A DNA stretch of 64,000 bases from Candidatus Micrarchaeota archaeon (GTDB lineage Archaea > Micrarchaeota > Micrarchaeia > Anstonellales > Anstonellaceae). Of this stretch, positions 46,100-55,519 are shown piece by piece. The stretch lies in assembly GCA_026413805.1 (NCBI GenBank), contig JAOAKE010000001.1:30199-94198 (forward strand). The letters run 5' to 3'. The notes under the pieces are model-generated. The model saw nothing but the letters and a program-made list of their open reading frames with translations. It was not told the DNA's origin and did not search any database. The stretch's first letter is position 1; each line of letters starts with the position of its first letter. The translations under genes and the position numbers were made by a program.

Positions 46100-48184
46100 T
46101 CATTCCCGTTTCCCTTTTTTTGCTGCGGTTTTAGCCTTTTTTTCACCATTATCTGCAGTGTTTTTTGACCAGCCTTTTTTGGTTTCACACGATGGCTCAA
46201 GGCACATTTCAAAGGTTTTTTTTCCTTTTCGGGTTACCCTAATTACAGGCGTGCTACAACTTGGGCAATTTTTTTCCAGCCATTTTATCTTTGCATTTTG
46301 GGGAAGGGGGTATGTCGCAGTGCATTCAGGATAGCTGCTGCAACCCACAAACTGCTTTCCAAGCTTAGAGCGGATTACTCGCAGCTCTCCCTTGCCGCAT
46401 TTCTTGCATGGCCCCAGCAGCGAATCTCCCATTTCCTTTTTCTTCAATCCTGAAAGAAGGTCCAGCCCGACATCTTTTTCCTTTCCTTCAAACTTAGACA
46501 ATATTTTCTCAAGCATCCTCTTGCCGTCCTCAATTGCCTTCTTTTCGTTTTCGCCATCCTGGATTTTTTCCATCTCTTCCTCCAAGTTCCTCGTTAGTTT
46601 TTCATCAAGTATTTCGGGAGCGATTTTTGAAAGGGCATCGTATACTGCCATCCCAAAAGGCGTGACCTTTATGCTTGCGCCCTCAGCATATCCTCTCTTG
46701 AAAAGTGTTTCAACCACCACAGCACGGGTAGCCTTGGTGCCAAGCCCAAGCCTCTCAAGTTCGCTGACAAGCGAGGCAGGCGTGTACCTTTTTGGAGGCT
46801 GCGTCTTTTTCTCCTGCATTTTGAACGATGAAAGCCGAACCGCCTCTCCCTCACTGAATTGAGGAAGGCTAACCTCTTCCAACTTTACATAAGGCCCATA
46901 TATGTCCAGCCATCCCTGCTTTACCGTGCGGTTTCCTGCAGCAGAATACGTCTCAGTGCCCGAAAGCACTACTACCTTTTGCGCCTCGCGTACAGCCGCC
47001 TCTCCAAAGCAAGAAAGAAATCTCCTAACGATCAAATCATAAAGCCTCATTTCCCTTTCGCTCATTTTTCGGTATATCCCGGTCGGGTGTATCGCAGGAT
47101 GAGCCGGGTCTTCTTTCTTGCCCTCAACAGGAACAGTTCGCCCTGCTGCCAGCAGCCCACTTGATAGCTGTGCATAGGGCGGAATCTTTGAGACTGCTTC
47201 AATTATTTTCTTTAAGTTGAGCTTTGGCGGGAGCTTCTGTGAGCTCGTCCTCGGGTAAGATATCATTGACGCCTCGTATAGAGATTGGGCAAGCTCCAGA
47301 GTCAAGGCAGGCGCAAAGCCAAAAACCCTATATGCCTCAACTTGAAGGGAAGTCAAGTCAAATGGAGGCGGGGCAGGCTGCAGGTATTCTTTGCGGTCTA
47401 TCTTCTGGACAGTTCCTTGCGGGGCAGACGATGCAAGCGCCTTTTGTGCCTCTTCTCTTTTTGCAAACCTGCCATGTGTGTGGAGCAGAGTAATGCCCTT
47501 TGCAACGCAAGAAACTTCCCAATAGGGCTGGGGCACAAACGAGCCAATTTCTTTCTCTTTGCGCGCAAGTATGGCAAGCGCAGGGCCTTGCACCCTTCCG
47601 ATGCTCATGATTTGATGCTTTCCAGCGCTTCTTATAGAAGACATAAGGGCGCGGGAAAGGTTTATGCCATAAAACCAATCCAAAATGTGCCTTGCCTCTC
47701 CTGCAAGGGCGTTTGGCAAGTCAAGCTCTCCCCTTTCTATGTAAGCATTTTCCAGCTCATCCGGGGTAAGAGTTGAAAACTTCATGCGCTTGCCGTCGTT
47801 TGAGCCGCAGGCAAACCTTATCACATTATACCCTATCAGGCTTCCCTCTATGTCAAAGTCGCAAGCACTTATGAATTCATCAGCATTCTTGGAGAGGCTT
47901 TTTATTGCATCAAGGTAGTTTTTTGCATAATCAGCATCTTTTTCTACTTCATAGACAGGCGCCCATTCCACTGAAAAAACAGGCCATTGGCGCTCTTCTT
48001 CAGATACTGCCTGCCTTAGGGTATAGAGGTGGCCGACCGCTGAAACTACGGCTATTTTTTCGCCTTGGCGCTCTACTTCATAATACGGGACATTATGAAG
48101 GATTTTTTTAGTGGCCTTGCCAGCTCCAATTGCAAAAGCTATTTTTTCAGCCACCTTTGGCTTTTCGCAGATTACAAGCTTCAT
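46100..48184 (-). CDS. topA: DNA topoisomerase I (type IA) with C-terminal zinc ribbons
   Basis: Toprim N-terminus MKLVICEKP, catalytic Tyr region SYPRTSS, C-terminal CxxC...CxxC ribbons; track start 48199 also ATG. Confidence 0.85.
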   Translation of the reverse strand: MKLVICEKPKVAEKIAFAIGAGKATKKILHNVPYYEVERQGEKIAVVSAVGHLYTLRQAVSEEERQWPVFSVEWAPVYEVEKDADYAKNYLDAIKSLSKNADEFISACDFDIEGSLIGYNVIRFACGSNDGKRMKFSTLTPDELENAYIERGELDLPNALAGEARHILDWFYGINLSRALMSSIRSAGKHQIMSIGRVQGPALAILARKEKEIGSFVPQPYWEVSCVAKGITLLHTHGRFAKREEAQKALASSAPQGTVQKIDRKEYLQPAPPPFDLTSLQVEAYRVFGFAPALTLELAQSLYEASMISYPRTSSQKLPPKLNLKKIIEAVSKIPPYAQLSSGLLAAGRTVPVEGKKEDPAHPAIHPTGIYRKMSEREMRLYDLIVRRFLSCFGEAAVREAQKVVVLSGTETYSAAGNRTVKQGWLDIYGPYVKLEEVSLPQFSEGEAVRLSSFKMQEKKTQPPKRYTPASLVSELERLGLGTKATRAVVVETLFKRGYAEGASIKVTPFGMAVYDALSKIAPEILDEKLTRNLEEEMEKIQDGENEKKAIEDGKRMLEKILSKFEGKEKDVGLDLLSGLKKKEMGDSLLGPCKKCGKGELRVIRSKLGKQFVGCSSYPECTATYPLPQNAKIKWLEKNCPSCSTPVIRVTRKGKKTFEMCLEPSCETKKGWSKNTADNGEKKAKTAAKKGKRE

Positions 48185-48384
48185 GCTCTCGCTTTTCATG
48201 TGAGAGGTTAATAAATTAAAAAGATGTTGCGAGGAGGCTGCAGGGCAATCTGCTATTGCAGTTGCCTATTGAGCGGCGGCTGCCAATTGGCTGCGCTGCC
48301 TTTGCTGCAATTTGCAACAGCCTGCTGCAGGCTGCCTGCAAGGTTTTTTATCATTCTGTTGCATATCTTTAATCGGTGGGGGGA

Positions 48385-48627
48385 ATGAAGGCACAAATTT
48401 CTGTAGAAGCCCTAATCGTGCTTGCCGTTTTGCTAGGCGTGGCTCTCCTTCTTGCCTCAGTAATGTTTCGCAGCGCAGGGAGTGCTGCTGAAAGAATTGA
48501 AAAGAAAGCCAACGAAACATTCTCCGTGGTTGAAGGGGGCGGTAAGGCAAAGGCAGGCGGCTATTGCCGCTCTGATGCTGATTGCGAATCATTTAGCTGC
48601 GATACTTACTCTAACCGATGCAACTGA
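48385..48627 (+). CDS. archaeal type IV pilin-like protein with class III signal peptide and Cys-rich C-terminus
   Basis: MKA|QISVEALIVLAVLLGVALLL matches prepilin-peptidase site pattern; RBS GGTGGGGGG; C-terminal CRSDADCESFSCDTYSNRC. Confidence 0.6.
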   Translation: MKAQISVEALIVLAVLLGVALLLASVMFRSAGSAAERIEKKANETFSVVEGGGKAKAGGYCRSDADCESFSCDTYSNRCN

Positions 48628-49014
48628 GTGATTGCCTTGGCAAAAGGGCAGCTTTCAACTGAACTGCTGGTAGTATTTTTGGTTTTCCTCGCCCTTCTCG
48701 GGCTCTCACTTGCAGCAATAGACCGAACTCTACGGGTTTCACAGCAAAAGATAAGCCAAGCAAAATTTGATTCTGCCTTTGCAGATTTCTACTCCAAGCT
48801 TGAGTCAGCCTGCAGCCTCGGGGAAGGGAATGTTCGCCATTTTGCAGTTGAGGGGGGCAAGGCATCGGTTTCTGCAAGCGGCACAGGCTTTACTCTTTCT
48901 CTCTTTGGCATTTCAAAAAGCGGCTCCTCTTCCTGCGAGATAGAGATAGCTGACGAAGCCCCATCAGAAACCTTTACAATATCCAATAAAGAAGGCAAGC
49001 TGGTAATTTCATAA
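48628..49014 (+). CDS. archaeal type IV pilin-like protein with class III signal peptide
   Basis: MIALAKG|QLSTELLVVFLVFLALLGL classic KGQ-hydrophobic prepilin motif; immediately follows first pilin gene. Confidence 0.65.
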   Translation: MIALAKGQLSTELLVVFLVFLALLGLSLAAIDRTLRVSQQKISQAKFDSAFADFYSKLESACSLGEGNVRHFAVEGGKASVSASGTGFTLSLFGISKSGSSSCEIEIADEAPSETFTISNKEGKLVIS

Positions 49015-49019
49015 TCTGC

Positions 49020-49613
49020 CTACAGCCCCCTCAGCTTCTCATCCATGAATCTCTTGATGTCATCCCCAACCAGCCAGGTTTGGACTCCTGCCCTGCTGCC
49101 TGCCAGCCTGTCCTCTTCATTGTCGCCTATAAAGATGGCTTGCCCCGGAGTTATTCTCAGCCTTTCGCAAGCAATTTTAAGCATGGTCGGGTCTGGCTTT
49201 GGGGGCGCATCAGCGCTTGTTATGACAGCTGAAAAATAATGCCTGATGCCGAGCCTCTCCAAAACCATGTTGGCGCTTGCCCTTCTATTGGTTGCAACTG
49301 CCAGCAGGTATCTTTTAGAAAGAGAAGGGACAGCCTCCACCACAGGAAGGGGGGAAATGAGGTGCAGGTTTTCGGCAGTGAGCTGTGAAAGGCGGGCCAA
49401 CATCTGCCTAAGCAGGGCACCGTTTCCCTTTAACTCTGGGGCAAGGGCGAGCAGAACTGTTTCTGCGCTGTGCGCAGACGACATCTTTTCTATCTTTTCG
49501 TCAGGGACTACAAAGCCAAACTCCCTCATAAGCTCGCGTGTATTGTGGACCACTGCCCTGCGCGAGTCAGCAAGCACCCCATCAATGTCAAATATTATCG
49601 CCTTTATTGCCAT
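49020..49613 (-). CDS. HAD-superfamily hydrolase (phosphoglycolate/beta-phosphoglucomutase-like subfamily IA)
   Basis: Motif I IFDIDGVLADS, motif III/IV GDNEEDRLAG. Confidence 0.75.
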   Translation of the reverse strand: MAIKAIIFDIDGVLADSRRAVVHNTRELMREFGFVVPDEKIEKMSSAHSAETVLLALAPELKGNGALLRQMLARLSQLTAENLHLISPLPVVEAVPSLSKRYLLAVATNRRASANMVLERLGIRHYFSAVITSADAPPKPDPTMLKIACERLRITPGQAIFIGDNEEDRLAGSRAGVQTWLVGDDIKRFMDEKLRGL

Positions 49614-50650
49614 TCAATCAGCCTTTTCTGTTCAGCCTCATAGTCCCTGCACAAAAGCACCACCCTTGAGGCAGGATGCCTCTCGCTTACAAGATAGCCG
49701 GTCTTTTCTGCAAGCCAGGCAGCAACCTTTTCTATTTCCTCCATTTTTAGCATGCTGTCCAATGATAGGCCCCTGCCTTGCATTCTTGCGCCACCTACAA
49801 AAACCATGCTTTTTACCTCCACATATTGCGGCCGGGCAAGCCCGATCTGCTTTGCATAGCCTTGCAGGTTGGCATCATTTGCCCCTCGCGCAAGAGTCAT
49901 GCGCAGCACAGTCCTGGTTTTCTTCCCAAGCGCAGGCATGAGCCGCAGCATCTTGAGGTATTTTTCCCACAACAAAGGCGAGGCAGGCCTTATTGCTTTT
50001 CTATAAGTCTCCTCGTCGCTTGCCACCATTGAAACGTAGAATTGTGTCGGGAAAGTTTCCCATTTCTCTACCCTCTCCGGAAATGTTCCATTCGTCACCA
50101 AGAACGTTGTCATGTTCCGCCTGTGGAATTCCCTAACAAGCCCTTCCAGATAGGGATACATCATCGGCTCACCTGTAAGGGAAATCGCAGCGTGCTTGGG
50201 ATTCATGGCCTGCTGGTACAGTTCCTTTGGCACCCCTCGGCTTCCCCCAAAGCCTGAGATAATCTCCTTTTGCGCTTTAATAAGCCCTTCAGCAATTTCC
50301 TCGGGGCTGTCCCACCTAAATTGCCCATCGGGAATTTCGGCAAACTGCACTTTTCTGTCAGGTATGAACCTCCAGCAGAAAACGCATGCATGGTTGCAAA
50401 ACAAAAGGGAAGGGGTGCATTGGAGGCATCGGTGCGAGGCAATCCCATAAAACTTGTTTTTGTAGCACCCTGCCCTCCTTTTTAGCATCTCCCCTGCCCA
50501 TTTGCACAGCTTGGCAGCAGAGTGCTCTCCTGCAAGGTGGTACTTCTGCCTGATGAGAAGCTTTAGCAGACTGTCGGGGATGGACTTGTTTAAAGCCCTG
50601 ACCCTCGCATAGTACTTGCTCTCCTCCAAATCCTTTCTGCGGCGCGCCAT
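49604..50650 (-). CDS. taw1: radical-SAM tRNA 4-demethylwyosine synthase (TYW1/Taw1)
   Basis: Radical SAM cluster CNHACVFCW plus upstream Cys cluster, TYW1-like length and pattern. Confidence 0.8.
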   Translation of the reverse strand: MARRRKDLEESKYYARVRALNKSIPDSLLKLLIRQKYHLAGEHSAAKLCKWAGEMLKRRAGCYKNKFYGIASHRCLQCTPSLLFCNHACVFCWRFIPDRKVQFAEIPDGQFRWDSPEEIAEGLIKAQKEIISGFGGSRGVPKELYQQAMNPKHAAISLTGEPMMYPYLEGLVREFHRRNMTTFLVTNGTFPERVEKWETFPTQFYVSMVASDEETYRKAIRPASPLLWEKYLKMLRLMPALGKKTRTVLRMTLARGANDANLQGYAKQIGLARPQYVEVKSMVFVGGARMQGRGLSLDSMLKMEEIEKVAAWLAEKTGYLVSERHPASRVVLLCRDYEAEQKRLIEWQ

Positions 50651-50765
50651 CGCATGTTCTTCTCATGCTCTCGTTATAAAAACCCTTACATTTGAACAGG
50701 ATAGGCCAAGACTGATGCTTTCTCAGGCAATTTTTGGAAGGTTTCGCCTGCGAAGGGGTGATAAA

Positions 50766-51953
50766 ATGGCAGTAAAAATAGAGTTTGACCCAAAAAAGAA
50801 AGAGCTGTTCGTCTCGGAGCCCGAGTCAGTTTCCTCTCTTGTAAATGGGCATTATGGGCATATGAAAAAGGGCACAATTTACCTATTCCCAGAGGAGGCG
50901 CTTTACCTGATGGACATACGCAATGCCAAGTGCTATGACCCAGCCTTTAACGAATACAAGTTCAACCAAGTCGCCTCTCATTTTCAAAGCAAAAAGCAGA
51001 TGGCCCGCTATTTTACTTACAAAGACTGGCGAGACCGCGGCTTAATTGCACGGCAAGTCTCTGAGATTTGCGAAAAATATGGCAGGAGCAATGTGAAAAA
51101 ATACCCCAGCGGAAGGCTGCAGCTTGACCGCTATGCGCTGCAGGGCAGGTTTTACCCAGATGACCTTTGGACGATAATTGATGACGAAGCTGTTGGAAAA
51201 GAGCTCTATGAGCGCTACTGGTTTGGCCAATTTGGCTCTTACAAGGCAGAGCAGCGTGGCAAGCTCTCCAAGCTGGACATATACGAAACCCTATTTTTAA
51301 TCAGGCACGCCAACCTCCACATAGAAAATGCGACTGAAGAGCAGGTCATAAAGGCAGCAAAGAGGCAGCACAAGTATTTCCTCAACCTATACGATGTTTA
51401 TGAAGACTGGCGGCTCAATGGGTTTGTGCTCAAAACAGGCTTCAAGTTCGGCACCCATTTCCGGCTATACATGCCTGGTGCCTCCCCTGTAAGGCAGGGA
51501 GACGAATGGATACACTCCAAGCACGTAATACACTGCTTTCCAAGGCAAAGCAAGCTGCTAATTTCAGAGTGGGCACGGGCAATTCGCGTTGCCCATTCTG
51601 TAAAAAAGACCTTTGTCCTTGCCATACCCGGCGAAAAAAAGGCAAAGAAGAAGAAAAAAGAGCAGCAGGAGCTTTTCACTAGCCTTGACTTTCTTCTCTA
51701 CCATCGTGCGCAAGGGGGGATAGAAAACCCCAAGACCGGAAAGCCAAAATACCTGATGTTTTCGCTCTCCGAAGAGGAGTATATCGGAGGTGAAGAGCTT
51801 GCAGATGCCATCGAGCAGTGCAAACGGATAGGGCTTGAGCTTCTGCTTGCAATATGCGACCGCGAAACCTCTGTAACCTATTATCTTGTCAAAAGGATTG
51901 AAGTGCCCGGCTCAAAATACGAGTATTACGAAATTGAGTGGGTGCAGCCGTAA
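50766..51953 (+). CDS. endA: tRNA-splicing endonuclease, multi-unit fused form (N-terminal pseudo-unit + catalytic unit + degenerate C-terminal unit)
   Basis: Catalytic unit KTGFKFGTHFRLY / HSKHVIHCF / RVAHSVKKTFVLAI retains Tyr-His-Lys triad; N-terminal region YFTYKDWRDRGLIARQ and C-terminal RIGLELLLAICDRETSVTYYLVKRI resemble additional EndA units; ATG 50766 confirmed. Confidence 0.8.
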   Translation: MAVKIEFDPKKKELFVSEPESVSSLVNGHYGHMKKGTIYLFPEEALYLMDIRNAKCYDPAFNEYKFNQVASHFQSKKQMARYFTYKDWRDRGLIARQVSEICEKYGRSNVKKYPSGRLQLDRYALQGRFYPDDLWTIIDDEAVGKELYERYWFGQFGSYKAEQRGKLSKLDIYETLFLIRHANLHIENATEEQVIKAAKRQHKYFLNLYDVYEDWRLNGFVLKTGFKFGTHFRLYMPGASPVRQGDEWIHSKHVIHCFPRQSKLLISEWARAIRVAHSVKKTFVLAIPGEKKAKKKKKEQQELFTSLDFLLYHRAQGGIENPKTGKPKYLMFSLSEEEYIGGEELADAIEQCKRIGLELLLAICDRETSVTYYLVKRIEVPGSKYEYYEIEWVQP

Positions 51954-51955
51954 AA

Positions 51956-52903
51956 TCAGGCGAGCGCAAGCTTGAGCCTTTCAATGAGGCCTTTGTTTCC
52001 AAGATAGACCGGAGTTCGGGCATCAACATCCAGTGCGCTGACGTCAAGGAGCGATTCTTTTCCAGACCAGCTTGCCCCTCCTGCCTGCTCCCATATAAAG
52101 GCCATGGGGGCAGCCTCATAAGTTAGGCGCAATTTCCCATTCGGGCTTTTCTTGGTTGGCGGGTAAGCAAAGATGCCTCCCCGATGGAGGATTTGTGAAA
52201 AGTCAGCCACAAAGGTGCCACAGTACCTTACCTTTAGCCTTTCAACCCTGAATAGGTCCTTGGCGAACTTCAAAAACTTGGCATCCCATTCAGTCGGGTC
52301 GCCCCCAATCCCAAAGACTTCTCCTGGCTCAGGGATTTTCAAATTTTCACCAAGCAAATAAAAACGGGCGTTGCCTTCTGAATCATAGTGCTTGACAAAC
52401 TCATGGGTGCCATCTCCAGTGCTGTACACCAGGGTGTTTACAGGCCCATACAATTTGTAAAACGCGGCAACAAGCTCCTTCCCTTTCTTGGGCAAGTCCT
52501 CTTTGTAAACTCCAACGATGGAGCCAAAGGCATTGTTTGTTATTATGTTGGAAGAGCCGTCCAAGGGGTCAAGGGTGACTACAAAGGGAGCCTTCGGGTT
52601 GGCTGTGGCAAGGAGGGGCTCGCGAAGCTCCTCGGAATATATCTTTCGCACCAAGCCTGTCTTTACAAGGTTGTCGCAAAGGTAGCCATTTACCCATTCA
52701 TCAAGCTTTGCTACTGCCTCGCCATACTTGTTCTTGTCCCCAAGCGTGCCGCGCAGGTATTTCGGGAAATGATGCTGGGCGTCCAAGGCTATGCTTGCAA
52801 AGGAATAAATCAAATTGCGCAGGTCGGTTTCTACTCCCCTGCTTTCCATGTGCTGGTAAAGTGTTATCGGTTCTGCCACTTCCACAAAATCATCCGAACA
52901 CAA
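51956..52903 (-). CDS. fbp: fructose-1,6-bisphosphatase class I
   Basis: DPLDGSSN metal-binding motif, GKLRLTYEAAPMAFIWEQAGG C-terminal signature; TTG start. Confidence 0.85.
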   Translation of the reverse strand: MCSDDFVEVAEPITLYQHMESRGVETDLRNLIYSFASIALDAQHHFPKYLRGTLGDKNKYGEAVAKLDEWVNGYLCDNLVKTGLVRKIYSEELREPLLATANPKAPFVVTLDPLDGSSNIITNNAFGSIVGVYKEDLPKKGKELVAAFYKLYGPVNTLVYSTGDGTHEFVKHYDSEGNARFYLLGENLKIPEPGEVFGIGGDPTEWDAKFLKFAKDLFRVERLKVRYCGTFVADFSQILHRGGIFAYPPTKKSPNGKLRLTYEAAPMAFIWEQAGGASWSGKESLLDVSALDVDARTPVYLGNKGLIERLKLALA

Positions 52904-53651
52904 TTTTCTTTATCTCATTGGTCATCCTAAGGGGGTCGTCGTGCTGCCAGACATTCCTTCCAACAGCCAGCCCGCACGCCCCGCCTGCCATTATATCCTT
53001 GACCTTTTGCAAGAATTCTGCCTCTGGCTGCTTGCTGCCACCTGCTGAAATGACCTTGCACCTGCCTGCTGATGCCACCACCCACTTCATAGCGTCAATT
53101 GAGCCAGGGTAATTTATTTTTACTACGTCCGCCCCGAGCTCAAGGGCCACCCTTGCAGCATAGGCAACCATCTCAGGGGACTTTTCATCAGGCACGTATT
53201 TTCCTCGGGGGTAAGACCAAACGACGCAGGCAAGCCCATAGTCGTGAGCCTCTCGTTCTATGGCTCCAAATTCCTTGAACATCTGCGCCTCCATTGGCGA
53301 GCCAACATATATGGTGTAGCCTATTGCATCGGCCCCCAAGTCCACAGCCTCCTTTACGCTTGCAACAGGAGGAGAATAAGCCTCGTCCTTTGGGACAATG
53401 TTCGTCCTGCCATTTAGCTTGAGCACAAGCGGGACCTTTCCAGAGTAGTTTTCCTTGTATAGCTTTGCAATGCCCTTCTGTATGGCAAACCCAGTAAACC
53501 CGCCTTTGCACGCAATATCACAGACGTATTCTGGGTTTATGTTTTTTTGGTTGAAGTCCTTTGGCCCGTGCTCCATCCCTTGGTCCATGGCAAGGATTAG
53601 CACCCGCCCATTCCTCACGATTTTTCCAAGATGAGTCTCCTTCCTCTTCAT
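52890..53651 (-). CDS. fbaB: archaeal-type class I fructose-bisphosphate aldolase (DhnA/FbaB family)
   Basis: LAMDQGMEHGP N-terminal pattern and Schiff-base Lys region typical of DhnA-type aldolases; ATG 53651. Confidence 0.8.
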   Translation of the reverse strand: MKRKETHLGKIVRNGRVLILAMDQGMEHGPKDFNQKNINPEYVCDIACKGGFTGFAIQKGIAKLYKENYSGKVPLVLKLNGRTNIVPKDEAYSPPVASVKEAVDLGADAIGYTIYVGSPMEAQMFKEFGAIEREAHDYGLACVVWSYPRGKYVPDEKSPEMVAYAARVALELGADVVKINYPGSIDAMKWVVASAGRCKVISAGGSKQPEAEFLQKVKDIMAGGACGLAVGRNVWQHDDPLRMTNEIKKIVFG

Positions 53652-53719
53652 GTCATTCACCCAGAGCACTTTCCAGGTTTAAAAATATAAAACAGCCCTT
53701 CGCTTGCTGACGGAGGAAG

Positions 53720-53740
53720 CTTTTTAAATTTGAATAGACT
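53720..53740 (+). promoter_or_regulatory. candidate TATA element (CTTTTTAAATTTGAATAG) for PRC-barrel gene; divergent region also has TTTAAAAATATAAAA for the aldolase
   Basis: AT-rich TATA-like box ~45-50 nt upstream of ATG 53776 with AAGGTGAG RBS. Confidence 0.25.
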
Positions 53741-53775
53741 AGTTTAGAGCATCAAACAAAAACAAAGGTGAGCTC

Positions 53776-54030
53776 ATGGTAAAAATTGTTCTTGCAAGGC
53801 AGCTTGCTAGCAAAAAGATAATTACAAACGATGGCGAAGAGCTGGGCAGGTTGGTTGACTTAGAAGTTTCAGAGACATCTGGCAAGATAGAAAACCTGCT
53901 TTTGGAGCCCAACCTTGACAACCAAACTGCAAGAAGGCTAAACAAGGAGGATGGCTTGGTAGTAATTCCTTACTCTTCTGTTCTTGCAGCCTCAGACCAC
54001 ATAATAGTTGACAAGAAGAGCATAGGGTGA
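53776..54030 (+). CDS. PRC-barrel domain protein
   Basis: KIITNDGEELGRLVDLEVSETSGKIENLLL pattern as in PRC-barrel proteins. Confidence 0.55.
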   Translation: MVKIVLARQLASKKIITNDGEELGRLVDLEVSETSGKIENLLLEPNLDNQTARRLNKEDGLVVIPYSSVLAASDHIIVDKKSIG

Positions 54031-54060
54031 GTGCTCGCTCTTCAAGGAGGGATTTTTTTG

Positions 54061-54615
54061 ATGGAACTTTTGATATACATTTTTGCAGGCCTGTTTATCC
54101 TCGTGCTTCTCTTTTTCATCTTAACCTACAATTACCTAATAACCCTGCGAAACCGAATTGACAATGCCTGGGCACAAATAGATGTTCAGCTCAAGCGGCG
54201 CTATGACTTGGTCCCGAACCTTGTTGAGACAGTAAAAGGCTATGCCAAGCACGAGCGCGAGCTTTTTGAGTCAGTGACCAAGGCGCGTGCCGCCATGGCA
54301 AGCGCAGGCACAGTGGCTGAAAAGGCAAAGGCAGATAATATCCTGTCCTCCACTTTGAAATCCCTGTTTGCAGTTGCAGAAAACTATCCGCAGCTTCGCG
54401 CAAACGAGAACTTCAAGATGCTTCAAGAGGAACTGGCAGGGATTGAGAACAAGATAGCATATGCCAGGCAGTTCTACAACGATTCTGTCCTTTCCTACAA
54501 TACAGCCATACAGCACATCCCGACCAACATCGTTGCAGCCATATTTAACTTCAAAGCGCGCGAGTTTTTCAAAACAGAAGGAAGCGAAAGGGAAAATGTC
54601 AAAGTAAAATTCTAG
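54061..54615 (+). CDS. lemA: LemA family membrane protein
   Basis: N-terminal TM then LemA pattern ([38 protein letters not shown]); ATG 54061 with AAGGAGGGA RBS (track GTG 54031). Confidence 0.8.
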   Translation: MELLIYIFAGLFILVLLFFILTYNYLITLRNRIDNAWAQIDVQLKRRYDLVPNLVETVKGYAKHERELFESVTKARAAMASAGTVAEKAKADNILSSTLKSLFAVAENYPQLRANENFKMLQEELAGIENKIAYARQFYNDSVLSYNTAIQHIPTNIVAAIFNFKAREFFKTEGSERENVKVKF

Positions 54616-54642
54616 CTCAAGCTCACTTGCAGGATTGTTTTT

Positions 54643-55515
54643 ATGGTGAGCTTCTACGACCAGATTGCAGCCAACAAGCGAAATTCCTACATCATCCTTT
54701 TCATCGCCTTTCTGCTTTCCTTCATAGCAATCTATGCATTTTCCATCGTTTTATTTGGTGGAAATGAGCTTTCAATAATCATAAGCACCATATTTGCAAT
54801 TGGTTACCTTGCAATAACATACACAATTTCAGACAGTTTGATACTCTCAGTCTCTGGGGCGCGCGAAGCAAAAAAAGAAGAATATCCATACCTTGTCAAT
54901 GTAGTTGAGGGCCTGTCAATAGCAGCAGGCATCCCCACCCCAAAAATTTATGTGATAGACGACCCGTCTCTCAATGCATTTGCAGTAGGGAAGTCTCCTG
55001 ACAGGGCAGCAGTCGCCTTTACAACAGGGCTTTTAAACAACCTCAACCGCGCCGAGCTTGAAGGAGTAGTTGCCCACGAGATTTCGCACATCCGCAACTA
55101 TGACTCTCGTATGGCGACCATTGCAATTGGCATGGTAGGGCTGATTGCAATATTGTCCGAAGTTGGGCTAAGGGGGCTGTTTTGGGGCAGGGGCCAAAGC
55201 CGAAGGGGAGGAGGAGGAATTTTAGTCCTCATAGGGCTTCTCATCTTAATTCTTGCGCCCATACTTGCACAGCTTGTCCGCCTTGCGCTTTCCCGCCAGC
55301 GCGAATATCTGGCAGATGCTTCTGGAGCGCAGCTCACTCGCTACCCTGAAGGGCTTGCCTCTGCCCTTGAAAAAATCAAAAAGCTTGGCTCGCACGTCCA
55401 GAAGGCTTCAGATACCACTGCTCCACTTTACATTGCCAACCCATTAAGTGTGGGCTCCCTTTTTTCTACCCACCCACCAATAGATGAGAGAATACGGATT
55501 TTAAGGGAAATGTAG
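54643..55515 (+). CDS. htpX: HtpX-like M48 zinc metalloprotease
   Basis: HEISHIRNYD HExxH motif, 4 TM helices, downstream Glu ligand region (REYLADASG). Confidence 0.85.
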   Translation: MVSFYDQIAANKRNSYIILFIAFLLSFIAIYAFSIVLFGGNELSIIISTIFAIGYLAITYTISDSLILSVSGAREAKKEEYPYLVNVVEGLSIAAGIPTPKIYVIDDPSLNAFAVGKSPDRAAVAFTTGLLNNLNRAELEGVVAHEISHIRNYDSRMATIAIGMVGLIAILSEVGLRGLFWGRGQSRRGGGGILVLIGLLILILAPILAQLVRLALSRQREYLADASGAQLTRYPEGLASALEKIKKLGSHVQKASDTTAPLYIANPLSVGSLFSTHPPIDERIRILREM

Positions 55516-55519
55516 CAGG

